Positions 36,801 to 46,200 of a stretch of 64,000 nt of DNA are shown here, in pieces (position 1 is the stretch's first letter; each line of letters starts with the position of its first letter). This stretch comes from a virus: the UHGV virus genome UHGV-0212524; one strand, 5' to 3'. The translations under genes and the position numbers were made by a program. A model generated the notes under the pieces. The model was given only the letters and a program-made list of their open reading frames with translations. It did no database searches and was not told where the DNA came from.

Positions 36801-39008
36801 ATCGGCCTTACGTAGACGCCAAGCTGCTACGGCGTAAGCGGAGTTATTTACCGTTGAACGGAGAAGATAAACGTAGTCCTCAACCAACACGACATCGTCA
36901 GCTTCCGGCCACGGGTTCCAGGTTTGTTCCACAGTACCACTGGGGTTGCCGTTACGGTACACGGGCATCGTAACGCGACATACCACCGTGTGCTTAGTGT
37001 GGTCCATCGAGCCATTAAACAGCACCAAATAACGGTTATTGTCAGAACCCAGGCAAATAATCGCTTCCTGGCCACCGATCAATATCGCTATTAGGGTCAC
37101 CCCAGGATATTTACTCATCCCGGCAGGGTGATATTTCACTGAGGTCTGCTGCGGATTTACAAACGCGTTTGACGTGTCAATGTCAGCATAGCCGTAATAA
37201 ATAGCTTCCGTACCCGGCACGCCGTTAGAACCGTTACGGAGCGAATAAACCTTACCCTGCTGATACCCAACAACCCCTTTCTGGTAGGACTGGTTTTTGG
37301 TATAGCCTGCGTAGTTACCTAACGCTGGGATAGGTAAGAAGTTCTTGTTACCGAATTTCGCTCCACCTACCGTCCACGCCGGTAAGATGGTATTCAGTTT
37401 ATCAGAGACCTTCTTAATCTCTTTTGCGAACAACCAGCCTTGACGCGACGTGACAGCTTTATCGTTAGTGGTGTCAATTGCATCCCAGAGCTGTAAGATA
37501 CCGTCAACCGTTGCACTACCAATCGGGACGTTATCCAAGTCAGCAGTGGTGTGGGTGTGCGTTTTCAAACTCTTGTTTTTCAACACGTTCGTTAACGCTT
37601 TTGTCACAGGCTTATCACTCGGTATGGTGTTATCCATCTTATCGATACCGAAATCGGTTTTCGTTAAGGTTAACACCATATTGTCGCCTGTTTTAACAAA
37701 CCCTTTACCGTTAACGGTATAGTCATCGTCAACGTACAAGTCCAAGCGGTCTTTTAATTCTGTTACAGCTTTCTGGGAGATAGCAGTACCTAACGCCGCA
37801 GACGTAGAGATATTCGTAATCGAGAACAACCCATAAACTGATTCGGACGCCGTGGGAATATTCGCGTTTAACGTAACCGGGTTAGTCTGTTTTGCGGTAC
37901 CGTACGGTTTTACAGTGTCTGACGCTTTGAAATACGCGTTTGCTTCAAGCAACGTTACTGACGTCAGATACATGTTCACCATTTCTGGTGTAACCAGGTA
38001 CACGGAGTTATAAACTGGCGCTAATACGTCCTGTTCCGACCCCGAGTGAACCCAAAGCGTATTCAGACCCGCACTGAATTCAACCGCTAAACCCGATTCG
38101 TTGTTGTCCTGGTCTGCTTTAATCACCAACGGTTGTGGCGAGGTAATTAACCACTTATCACCACGAATACTGATGATGTGGCCACCTGACGTTTTAAACG
38201 TTAATTCATTACCGTTCGTGGTACCCCATCGACCGTAAACGGTGCCGAGGGCTTCACCCATTAACTGGTCAACGTCCGATTGCTCAATACCCGCTGAACC
38301 CATCAGCGTAGCCAACTCGTCAATCGTCAACCCAAACGCTTTTGTAGCGTCAACAGCACGACCTAATACCGGGAGAGCAGCAATGTCATCAGTGGTATAA
38401 TGATGCGCGTTAGGGTTACGGTGATGCTGGTATAACTCTTCGTCGAAAACCTTTTTACCGTTCTCGTAAATCAAGTTAGTGACTTCACTGAACGCAGCAT
38501 CTAATTCCGTAGAACGTTTGATGATTTTCTTGCGAATGTCTTCTAACGCCTTAACAACCTCATCCCTCAGAATCGCTTCTTCTAAGTTAGCAGGCGGGTC
38601 GATAGGCTGAATAACCGGCGCATACGCCATTAGTTCAGACCAGTCCACGTTACGTGGGTCTTTCAGGTCAGTACGAACTAAGAACTTCCCGATTTCAGAT
38701 TGCGGTACACGGTATTGACGTGCTACCCCTAAAATCTCATATTCGATTTCTGTTGCAGTAAGCAACATAAACCCGCCGTAAATCTGATCTTGTTCAGCTT
38801 CTGCGAGTTCTTTAAAGTAATAGCCTAAATAGTAGTCCAACCCCTCAATCAGAGTACGACGTCCGTTAGGCGCGGTATCGTCGGCTACTGTGAGTTTTAA
38901 TCCGATACGATAAAAAGGTCCTTCAGGCGGAATGACCACGTTAAATCGGTTAGGGTACGTCGCTGTGCTTAGCGTACCGTTAAACTGCGCCGCGTCTTCT
39001 CTCGGCAT
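33822..39008 (-). CDS. giant tail fibre/spike-like structural protein (1728 aa)
   Basis: N-terminal IPPEGPFY..LKLTV....GLDYYL module; AGGAG RBS. Confidence 0.75.
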   Translation of the reverse strand: MPREDAAQFNGTLSTATYPNRFNVVIPPEGPFYRIGLKLTVADDTAPNGRRTLIEGLDYYLGYYFKELAEAEQDQIYGGFMLLTATEIEYEILGVARQYRVPQSEIGKFLVRTDLKDPRNVDWSELMAYAPVIQPIDPPANLEEAILRDEVVKALEDIRKKIIKRSTELDAAFSEVTNLIYENGKKVFDEELYQHHRNPNAHHYTTDDIAALPVLGRAVDATKAFGLTIDELATLMGSAGIEQSDVDQLMGEALGTVYGRWGTTNGNELTFKTSGGHIISIRGDKWLITSPQPLVIKADQDNNESGLAVEFSAGLNTLWVHSGSEQDVLAPVYNSVYLVTPEMVNMYLTSVTLLEANAYFKASDTVKPYGTAKQTNPVTLNANIPTASESVYGLFSITNISTSAALGTAISQKAVTELKDRLDLYVDDDYTVNGKGFVKTGDNMVLTLTKTDFGIDKMDNTIPSDKPVTKALTNVLKNKSLKTHTHTTADLDNVPIGSATVDGILQLWDAIDTTNDKAVTSRQGWLFAKEIKKVSDKLNTILPAWTVGGAKFGNKNFLPIPALGNYAGYTKNQSYQKGVVGYQQGKVYSLRNGSNGVPGTEAIYYGYADIDTSNAFVNPQQTSVKYHPAGMSKYPGVTLIAILIGGQEAIICLGSDNNRYLVLFNGSMDHTKHTVVCRVTMPVYRNGNPSGTVEQTWNPWPEADDVVLVEDYVYLLRSTVNNSAYAVAAWRLRKADLSTNTTLEFERVTLTGEMGQFGDNLCLRIGQKTEESQTGQFFTYLTPEGRAKWTIGRNFVHGPECNHACAVRDSVIRVNHMPTVWFAAADGTTINFLQWATSFTIDTLTGKVTLEGRERFPIKADATTTLSFADGSTVGTNRKWGGGQANNRCFATYAKPNGTGMMLSCWQIADADQMPNVSIKSTQGRELFDYLRYDNPNNTSGEGTFTWDKGRGSIYTIGLSYPVGIGGSNKVWLSNPRNRYTIEVEVDPNKPYDVSGYSGYGPNNNRREVDPTLYEQLSCMAACMIPEERHGQLNGWYLTKAETFPYRNIYGNFALSSERLTLEEADRQKMIRMIVDGAPSGQANGYANERISAAHQTGNALFALWMLGINTVCEFDLLQVSCMKTSSNGRRILDIYYFMVSPSKENGYLRFNSATFKLVDWFLDLDYGLSYQSLNGGAGGKTRRVGQPIFASADGTNFGIWLPYTLTTRNIGDLNALGYAAKYTFDPGSGWTRVAGKSQLRQMAPEHRPESGCYMGAGDWDKMALIYSKADRVFCSGNAYTAAEFVNDTTFSTGGQAVIIAGVETAEGWILYLTEEVKLDFGSSSYTLPTWSVDLSSEFPSNHANQTFYVHAEVSGSTAQYRIGLEQLADTSTRLFVGTVTTDSSRITGISIDKVKRLGRVKELEDHAAIIDQHDVAAAFDRKTGPLLTLVNKPVKAPTASASKGEGYVDGQKWGSLSGITTRPKLPIQETYSGYKSVARVAYENCADQFWQKAVAANIATATASENMQAASANMKWIGAYTKPTTGTNAYLALSLRVQVPGNPGTANRALKLRLAAPTGIVEARYALNQAGGTMTEQTVTLTANQYLEKEHSGFKPAEEVRVHVTFVIPKNEYESYRTKFGAVQLIDVESNTIVKQADIDTPFFVFTDTELAAQSGLVYKAVKGQFDNLPSEPTLIVRDGQTGTNPPVKSSYANGTLTVYVATAYDAVNPAETRDIDKLQFNLMFTS

Positions 39009-39042
39009 CGTAAAGACTCCTACTTTTAAATAAAATGGATAC

Positions 39043-39064
39043 CCCTCCCCATTACAGGGAGGGG
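39043..39064 (-). terminator. intra-operon hairpin between two giant structural genes
   Basis: CCCCTCCC..GGGAGGGG inverted repeat; T-rich tract follows on the minus strand before the next RBS. Confidence 0.5.
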
Positions 39065-39102
39065 TTACCTACGGACACACAACTGCCCGCAGGCAGCCTG
39101 TC

Positions 39103-42100
39103 CTAAGTACGATCCCCTAACTGCTTCCCGTTAAGTTCACGTTTCAGTACAGAAAGTATCCATTTCCACGCTTTACTCGTGATATGGTACGGATTGCGTT
39201 TCTCCATTAAGAACTGCTTTTCACCGCTACGCAGTTCGAAGCTCTGCGCATTAAGCTGATCCTGACGAGTGCTTTGCTCATCAGTCACGTCTAACGAACA
39301 GGTAAAGTTAAGCTCGTAACCTTCGGGATTATCACCCGGCGGGTCTAAGACAATATAGATGTCCTGACCTACACGTAAGTCGGTGGCCGTGATACTAATC
39401 GCTTTACCTACGTCAGCACTGGTTGACAGAGCAAACTCTGCGCTATCAGTAGACGCTAAGAATGGGTCTTTCCCTGCGTCGCCGATAATCACCTTACCTG
39501 GCCAGTTACTTTTTATCGTTCCTGACACTTTTGCAATTCGGTACTGTTGTTTATCGGCACCTTGTGCAAAACGGAGAATGAGTTTGTGACGATAACGACT
39601 TGCAGCAGCCTTAGTCGTACTCCACTCGTTGTTCCAGGAAGTATGCAGTTCGTTTTTCTTCGCCATCAGCGCACCGCGAGACAGCTTACGATCAAAGAAC
39701 TGCGCAGGTAACTGCCCATCGTGAGAAACCGCAACGTTTCCCTGACCAGTTGGCAAGGCAATGCTCTCCGTGGCACGGTATTTTTGACTAATCTCATAAG
39801 TCGCAGGGTCAATCACAGACTGACTATAATCAGCGTCTTTGTTATCAGCCAAATACCCAACGGATGAATCCAAATACGACTCAAACAACGAACGTAAGTA
39901 ATGATACTTATCAATGTCGATGTTGTTCGTAACCGGATCAATCAGTGCGTGGCTAATTGTTACTCGGCATTTCGCGCTCAGTTCTTTAAACGACAACCCT
40001 ATTCCGTCACCGGTGAAATAATCCACCAAGTCAAACGGGAATTGAATCTCCAATTGACGTTGTTTAACTGTCGTCGTCCCAAACTGCGAGAACGACAACG
40101 CTAAACGTAACACACGCGTACTTACGTTATAACGGTAACGAATCATCCCACGAGGTGCATGGTTTGCAGAGATTTTATCTCGGGTGGCACCCCAGCCAAT
40201 CAAATCGAGAATCGCGGGGTTGGTTTCTTCACCGTTGAACAACACGTCCTTAAACGTTGCATTCACCGCTGTTTCCCCAGACTCTTCCATTACCAACGGA
40301 ATGTCAGTAACGTCTGAAACTGAACGGGAACCAATCCCCAACTTACACGCTTTGTCCGTCAGGTCAATACGTACATAACGACGTTTAACACTCGCCCCTT
40401 GCGTTGACGTACATAGCACCAAATCTGGTGCGGCAGTAAGTGCTTGTGTTCCACCGACGTCGTCAACATCGAATGCAAACGAACCTTCGAACGTCGGTGC
40501 GTTGTTTTCTTTCGGGTTAAACGGTGTAAACCAGCAATACGGTGTAGCACCTTCAGGCATCACAACGTACTGAAGACTGGACTTCACGTTTTGGTTGTGT
40601 GCGTAAGTATAAAGACCGCGACTGACAAGATGGAAAACATCACCTGTTCCGGCTGTTAACGCTTTCCTAAAGATACACGCTCTTGGTTCGGCAATAGCAC
40701 GGTTTAATAACGGCAAACGTGGGTTATCCGTTAACGCCCAGTCCACAGAACTGAGTCCGTGTGCTTTACGCGTGTCGATGTGTTCACTAACCTCGGCACT
40801 TTTCCCGAAATCAAACGTGGTTTCGAACCCTACCGTTTTATTCGCGTAATTCTCACCAGCAACAATATCAACGTAACCGATATAACCACGTTCAGGATCA
40901 ACTGCGATGCTCTGAATCGGTTCAGCACGCGAATACAGAGAGCCTGTGAGCATGTTAACGTACAGATAGTGACGAATCCCTACGTGCGTGGTAACAAACT
41001 CCTGGAGAAGCTCTACGCGCGTTTCAGGGCCACTGAAGTAAACAGGGTAATCCCCATCGTAAACTTCAAACTGTACCGCTGCGGACTTAGCCGTGTCACT
41101 ACATTCAGCTTTAACCGCAATCGTGTAGTTTTCAACGTCTGCTGACGTTTCATACACTGCAACGAGTGGAGATTCGCCTGAAGCTGCTAGGTTACCGTTG
41201 ATATAAACGGTTACCGGTCCGCCCCCTGCGGCATAAACCCAGAGCTTCGATTGGTACGCCCTTACACGCGTTTTTGCCAGAACCGTAACGACTGACTGGT
41301 CACCCATCTGTGTAGCAGTTTTACCTACCGGGACAGACTGGAACCCCATCAACGGCGGTTCTTCAATACCCGTCCAGTTGATTCCCGTACCGTTACTCAC
41401 CTTACCCGTAGGCCAGGTCAGTTCAAGCTGGTTATTCGGTGAGAACCAGTTAAACATCGGGGTGGTTTGCAGGTCAATCGCACCAGTAACGGTGCTGTCG
41501 CCTTTCGTCCCGTCCAGCAAATAGAAATATTTCAAATCCTGAACGGAGATTGACGTACCCTGGCTATTAAAGCGCCAGTCTGCACCTTTCACAGCAGCAA
41601 AATCAGTTACCGTGCCTTCTTTCGCGTTTGCAATTGCAGCAGCCACCACATCTAAACGGGCTGAAAGCTCTTTTAAGATGTTCGGTACCACCGCACGGTT
41701 TTCAACTAAGCCGTTCTGGTTAGTTGCGTAACGACCGATGCCGTAAATCGACTGCGAGGCTTTATAAATGCCTAACTCTGACCAGTCGTGATGGTGTCCG
41801 ACGTCTGCTAAACCACTAACCGAAGCATTCAGTGCGGTTGACAACGGTTTGTCGAGGTCTGCGGTGTTATCCGCTTGCCCTAATCCCAGGTCAGCTTTTG
41901 TGATTGTCCTGGAACCGTCGTTCATCGGTTTACCGTTAATCATGGTCGTTTTAGTCACGTACCCTGATAAGTCGGTTGAATACGGCGTTAATGACGCAGG
42001 GGTTGCAGCAACCCCAACCGTTTCTGTGCCTTTACCGGTTTTAAGTTTAACAACACCTTTTTCAGCGGTGGTCGCTTTCGTCGGGTCGATAGTCCCCACG

Positions 42101-43287
42101 ATAGGATCGGCACGAGAACCTTTACCGGTAAAACTAATCCCGTTACGGCCTTCGATATACACTTTGGAGTCATCAGGATCGCTACCGCCACTCCCGCCAG
42201 CATCAGGGTCTTGCTGATACTCCATCAGCGCTGTGGTGGTCAACAACGGGTTACCGTTCAGAGTGAGTTTGTTCATCCCTAAAGCGTCACCGGTTGACTC
42301 GATACGTAAGGTGTTTTTACCCGCACGCCAGTTAATGTAACGTCCCGCACCTGTGCCTTCCAGATGCCCTACCGCCAATACCACAGAACCGTTGGATTTT
42401 AACGTAAAGCCATCATTCGCAAAAATGATTTCGGACTCACCATTTTTCGAACGGAACTGTGCGCGGTTTCCAGACACCGTACAGTTAAACACGCCCCGTA
42501 CTTCCGAAGAAATCCAGTGGGAGATATACGTGTCAATAACTGACTGTGGTAAACGAAACGCTTTCAGTTCTTCCGTTAACGCTTTTAATTTTAACCCGTA
42601 CGCCATAAAGGTGTCAGGTGTTTTCAGGTTAACGGGATGGGCATTAATTTGTGCGCTCGTGGTTTCGTGCGGGTTCGTCGCGGCGATATGTGCTGGGTAG
42701 TTAAACGCTTCGATTTCTTTCCCCAACGCAGCCACTAGCGCTTTAACTTCGGCTAATTTATCTTTAATTAGCTGGTTAGCATCATCGGTTTTCAGCTCGA
42801 TATCGTGAATCGCTGACGCTAAATATTTTTTGTTCAGCAAGTCCGCCCAGGACGTTGCCGCTGGCGTAGCCGGGTATAACGACGGTCTACCGTCTAACAA
42901 CAGCCAGTCTGCACTGACCGGGTTATTCAAATATTTCACCAGCTCGTCGAGCATGTCAACGAACGGGTCGTAGAACGTACCGCCGAGCATTTGCCCTTCA
43001 AAGGTTACAATGCCTTTGATGGATGGGTTGATAAGGTGTACCCCACAATACACGTTGGCTGCTACCGAGTCATCCAGTTCCGTCAGCTGATATTGCAGTT
43101 CGTAATCCACCCCACGGCTCAGTGGGGTGGTTGAACCTGGTTGTCTGACGACTAAGTCTTCAAAGAACGGGCGATGGTCTAAAATCACCACCCGGTCGTT
43201 GTTGTTTTCTGACCCGATGATACGCTCCTCTAAGAAGTGATTCTCGGTTTTCGTCCCCCGAGGATCGTAAGGATACGCTTTCATCAA
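39103..43287 (-). CDS. giant tail fibre/spike-like structural protein (1394 aa)
   Basis: N-terminal DHRPFFEDLVV......GVDYEL module. Confidence 0.75.
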   Translation of the reverse strand: MMKAYPYDPRGTKTENHFLEERIIGSENNNDRVVILDHRPFFEDLVVRQPGSTTPLSRGVDYELQYQLTELDDSVAANVYCGVHLINPSIKGIVTFEGQMLGGTFYDPFVDMLDELVKYLNNPVSADWLLLDGRPSLYPATPAATSWADLLNKKYLASAIHDIELKTDDANQLIKDKLAEVKALVAALGKEIEAFNYPAHIAATNPHETTSAQINAHPVNLKTPDTFMAYGLKLKALTEELKAFRLPQSVIDTYISHWISSEVRGVFNCTVSGNRAQFRSKNGESEIIFANDGFTLKSNGSVVLAVGHLEGTGAGRYINWRAGKNTLRIESTGDALGMNKLTLNGNPLLTTTALMEYQQDPDAGGSGGSDPDDSKVYIEGRNGISFTGKGSRADPIVGTIDPTKATTAEKGVVKLKTGKGTETVGVAATPASLTPYSTDLSGYVTKTTMINGKPMNDGSRTITKADLGLGQADNTADLDKPLSTALNASVSGLADVGHHHDWSELGIYKASQSIYGIGRYATNQNGLVENRAVVPNILKELSARLDVVAAAIANAKEGTVTDFAAVKGADWRFNSQGTSISVQDLKYFYLLDGTKGDSTVTGAIDLQTTPMFNWFSPNNQLELTWPTGKVSNGTGINWTGIEEPPLMGFQSVPVGKTATQMGDQSVVTVLAKTRVRAYQSKLWVYAAGGGPVTVYINGNLAASGESPLVAVYETSADVENYTIAVKAECSDTAKSAAVQFEVYDGDYPVYFSGPETRVELLQEFVTTHVGIRHYLYVNMLTGSLYSRAEPIQSIAVDPERGYIGYVDIVAGENYANKTVGFETTFDFGKSAEVSEHIDTRKAHGLSSVDWALTDNPRLPLLNRAIAEPRACIFRKALTAGTGDVFHLVSRGLYTYAHNQNVKSSLQYVVMPEGATPYCWFTPFNPKENNAPTFEGSFAFDVDDVGGTQALTAAPDLVLCTSTQGASVKRRYVRIDLTDKACKLGIGSRSVSDVTDIPLVMEESGETAVNATFKDVLFNGEETNPAILDLIGWGATRDKISANHAPRGMIRYRYNVSTRVLRLALSFSQFGTTTVKQRQLEIQFPFDLVDYFTGDGIGLSFKELSAKCRVTISHALIDPVTNNIDIDKYHYLRSLFESYLDSSVGYLADNKDADYSQSVIDPATYEISQKYRATESIALPTGQGNVAVSHDGQLPAQFFDRKLSRGALMAKKNELHTSWNNEWSTTKAAASRYRHKLILRFAQGADKQQYRIAKVSGTIKSNWPGKVIIGDAGKDPFLASTDSAEFALSTSADVGKAISITATDLRVGQDIYIVLDPPGDNPEGYELNFTCSLDVTDEQSTRQDQLNAQSFELRSGEKQFLMEKRNPYHITSKAWKWILSVLKRELNGKQLGDRT

Positions 43288-43297
43288 AAAATTCTCC

Positions 43298-46200
43298 TTA
43301 ATCGCGAATGATTACCGCCTGCACTTTATTGTTGGTGTCGATAAACGACATTACGCGCTCCTTGTTAAGATAAGGAGGTATCGGTAACGCAGCGTAATCC
43401 GCCAGGCTGTTATTAAACTCGGTTGCCACTAGCGCATTAAGCGTTTCAGGGTCTGAGCTTGTCCCGGCCAATTCCATGACGCGTACACGATTTAACGAGG
43501 AGTAGTTGCTGATATAATCCAACAGCGTACCGTAGAGTTTGTTCCCGGTTATGCTGTCTGTCGTAGAACGGATATTAGCACGCACTTCGTCCTCATAAAG
43601 TCCCCCTAAACCGTAGTAAATAGGGGTGTACGGATCGTTAACGATAGGCGCGAGGTTGAACCCAGTTAAACGGTCGGTCAGCGAGATTTTCTGCGTAGTA
43701 CCACCTGCCGCCGTACAGCTTACGTATTTATCTGCCGCAGACAAATACACCACAATAGTGTAAACAGTACCTGCTAAGGTCAGCGTTGCGTTAAACGTTA
43801 ATTCGTTATTCGCACCACGCGTGTGGGTAAATGATACGTCAGGATGTAACGTACTCCACGGTGCTGGGGTAACGCGTTTGGTCGGCGTGAAACCTAACAC
43901 CACGGATTTCCCGTTACCGAAGTTTAAACCAAACCCGGCGTAACAATACTCACCGTTACTGTCGGTTAAACGATAACCACGGGTGATAAGTAACGACAAC
44001 CGCATAAACTCGTCTTCGGTATTTTTCCAGCAAGCCAGGATGGTTTCTAGCACCGTTCCGGTTTTTGCGTTGCTTTCGGTTTCCCAACTGACTCGCATCC
44101 CCGCATTGTTAAATACCGGGAACAGGTTGTGGATAAACCCGTGAACGTTATCACTTACCCCTTTTGCATCAAACACCCACTTCGACGCAAGCTGGTCGTA
44201 TTTCACACCATCGAGTGCTTTATATCCACCGCCAACCACATAACGCCAGTCTGCTTCGCCACGCACAACCGCTTGAAGTCCAGAAGCCCAGCAGGGCGCA
44301 CCTACTGTTAAATTGCTTAACCCCAGCACTGCACGTGAAGCAGAACGCTGAATGTGTGCGTTATCATTGGCGACGTGGTCTTTCAGCTCACGGAAATCGC
44401 CTAACCGTGTCACGTTACGTAGTTCAGTAACGAACACTTCAGAAAGGTCGTTAATACCGATTAGACCCACGCGCGTCATGGTATCCGTTTCAGCCTGACT
44501 GTAGCTGTCGTGAATAATGTACTTCGCTTTGTTATCGACAATGTCAACAAAAATCCCTGCGTAAATTTCCTTATTCAGATTCGGGAAACGTTCAGTGACG
44601 TTAACCGACATCAACGGCACGTCGTACGTTTCGCCGCCAACGAAATACGTGGAAGCAGGAAGTGTCACTAGGATTTTGTCTTTAACCGTAACGTCAATTA
44701 GGTCGTTACCGGACTTACCAAAGCGAATAATGTCAACGCGCGCACCCGAGTCAACCCCGCCGACGGTATTCTCCAAATCTTCAATCTGGGAAGTCTGCGC
44801 CATCACCACACTACCGTCGAGCGCTAAAGTGGCATCATCCACTTCCAGACCGAATTTAATCAGGCCCCGTTTCGTGGTGTCTGCGTTCGCAACACCGAAT
44901 ACGGAAGACGGGTGTTGGTGAACCTTCGGTGAGTATTTGTCCAGCTCGGTCTGCTGTGCAACAGAAATCGGTAAGTCAACGTCCGGGGTATTCGCAACGT
45001 TACCTAAACCAAAGGTAATTTTGTCGATAGTAACCGAACTGGTAAGCTGCATGTCGTTGATGTACGACTTGGCGGCAACTAACTTACCGGTAAACTCTGC
45101 GTCCAGTTTTTCAATTAACGCAGGGGTTGCTGCGAGGTTTTCAGCCGTACCGAATTCGTCCGTTAACTGCCAACACGCTAACGTAGTAACGTCTTCGGCA
45201 ACCGGAAGAATAAACGTTGCGACAAACGGCGACGCTTTAATCCCGCTACCCGTAAGTTCCACTGTAGCTGTAGTTGCACCGTAGAATAATCCCGTACCGC
45301 CTGCGGTATTGCCCGGCAAATACGGCGCTACCGTAGTGGGGTCTAAGAGTTTCTTACCGCGCCACAGTAATCCACGGTCATCAGGATATAGCACAAGCTG
45401 GTTATCTCCCGCTTGCAACGTTACCGGGTTGTTACCCACGTTAACGTCAGTAGAACCTTGACCGATGAACTTAATGGATTTCGGATCAACGACAAACTGA
45501 GCACCTAAACGTCTCTCGTCAACAACGCCAGGTGCTTTCTTAATGGTAACCGTGTTACCTTTGTTTTGCGAACTAATATTGACGCCGTCAGCAACATTAT
45601 TGATCAGCGATTTAAAGTGGTGCTGATTCTCTAATGCTTCTAACGCAGCGTCCATGTTATTGAAGTTAATCCGACCGCTATACGTTTTACTGTTTACGGT
45701 AATAACGACGTCAAACACATTCCCTGTACGCTTCAGTTGAAAACGTAGCGTAAAATCCCCATCCGGTATTGCCGGATTAGGAGCTTGCGAAATATACCGA
45801 ACTGCCGGTACAGGACTACCGTAACCGTGCAACGCCAGTTCGATAGTAAGAGTACCGGACCAGACTTCACCGGTAATCTCTACGTACTTACCGGAGTTAC
45901 TACCGGGATTTTCGTAGAAACGAAAACCAACCCTACCGACCGCTTCATTACCAGACGCTGTTTTACGTCCGGTAACAATAAAGTCAATATCTTGCAGGTT
46001 GGCAGGTACCGCATTAAAGTTAGCACTGAAACCGCTTTTCGTTCCTGTATAACGAAGCGCACCGTGATATCTGTGGCCACTACTAACATAGCTTTCACTA
46101 AAATAAGGACTCACGTACTTCGACATCGACACTGGGTCGACTTCAGTAGTAAATGACGTAAAGCCGGGGAGCGTTGTAATCGTGCCGTTAACGTTCTTGC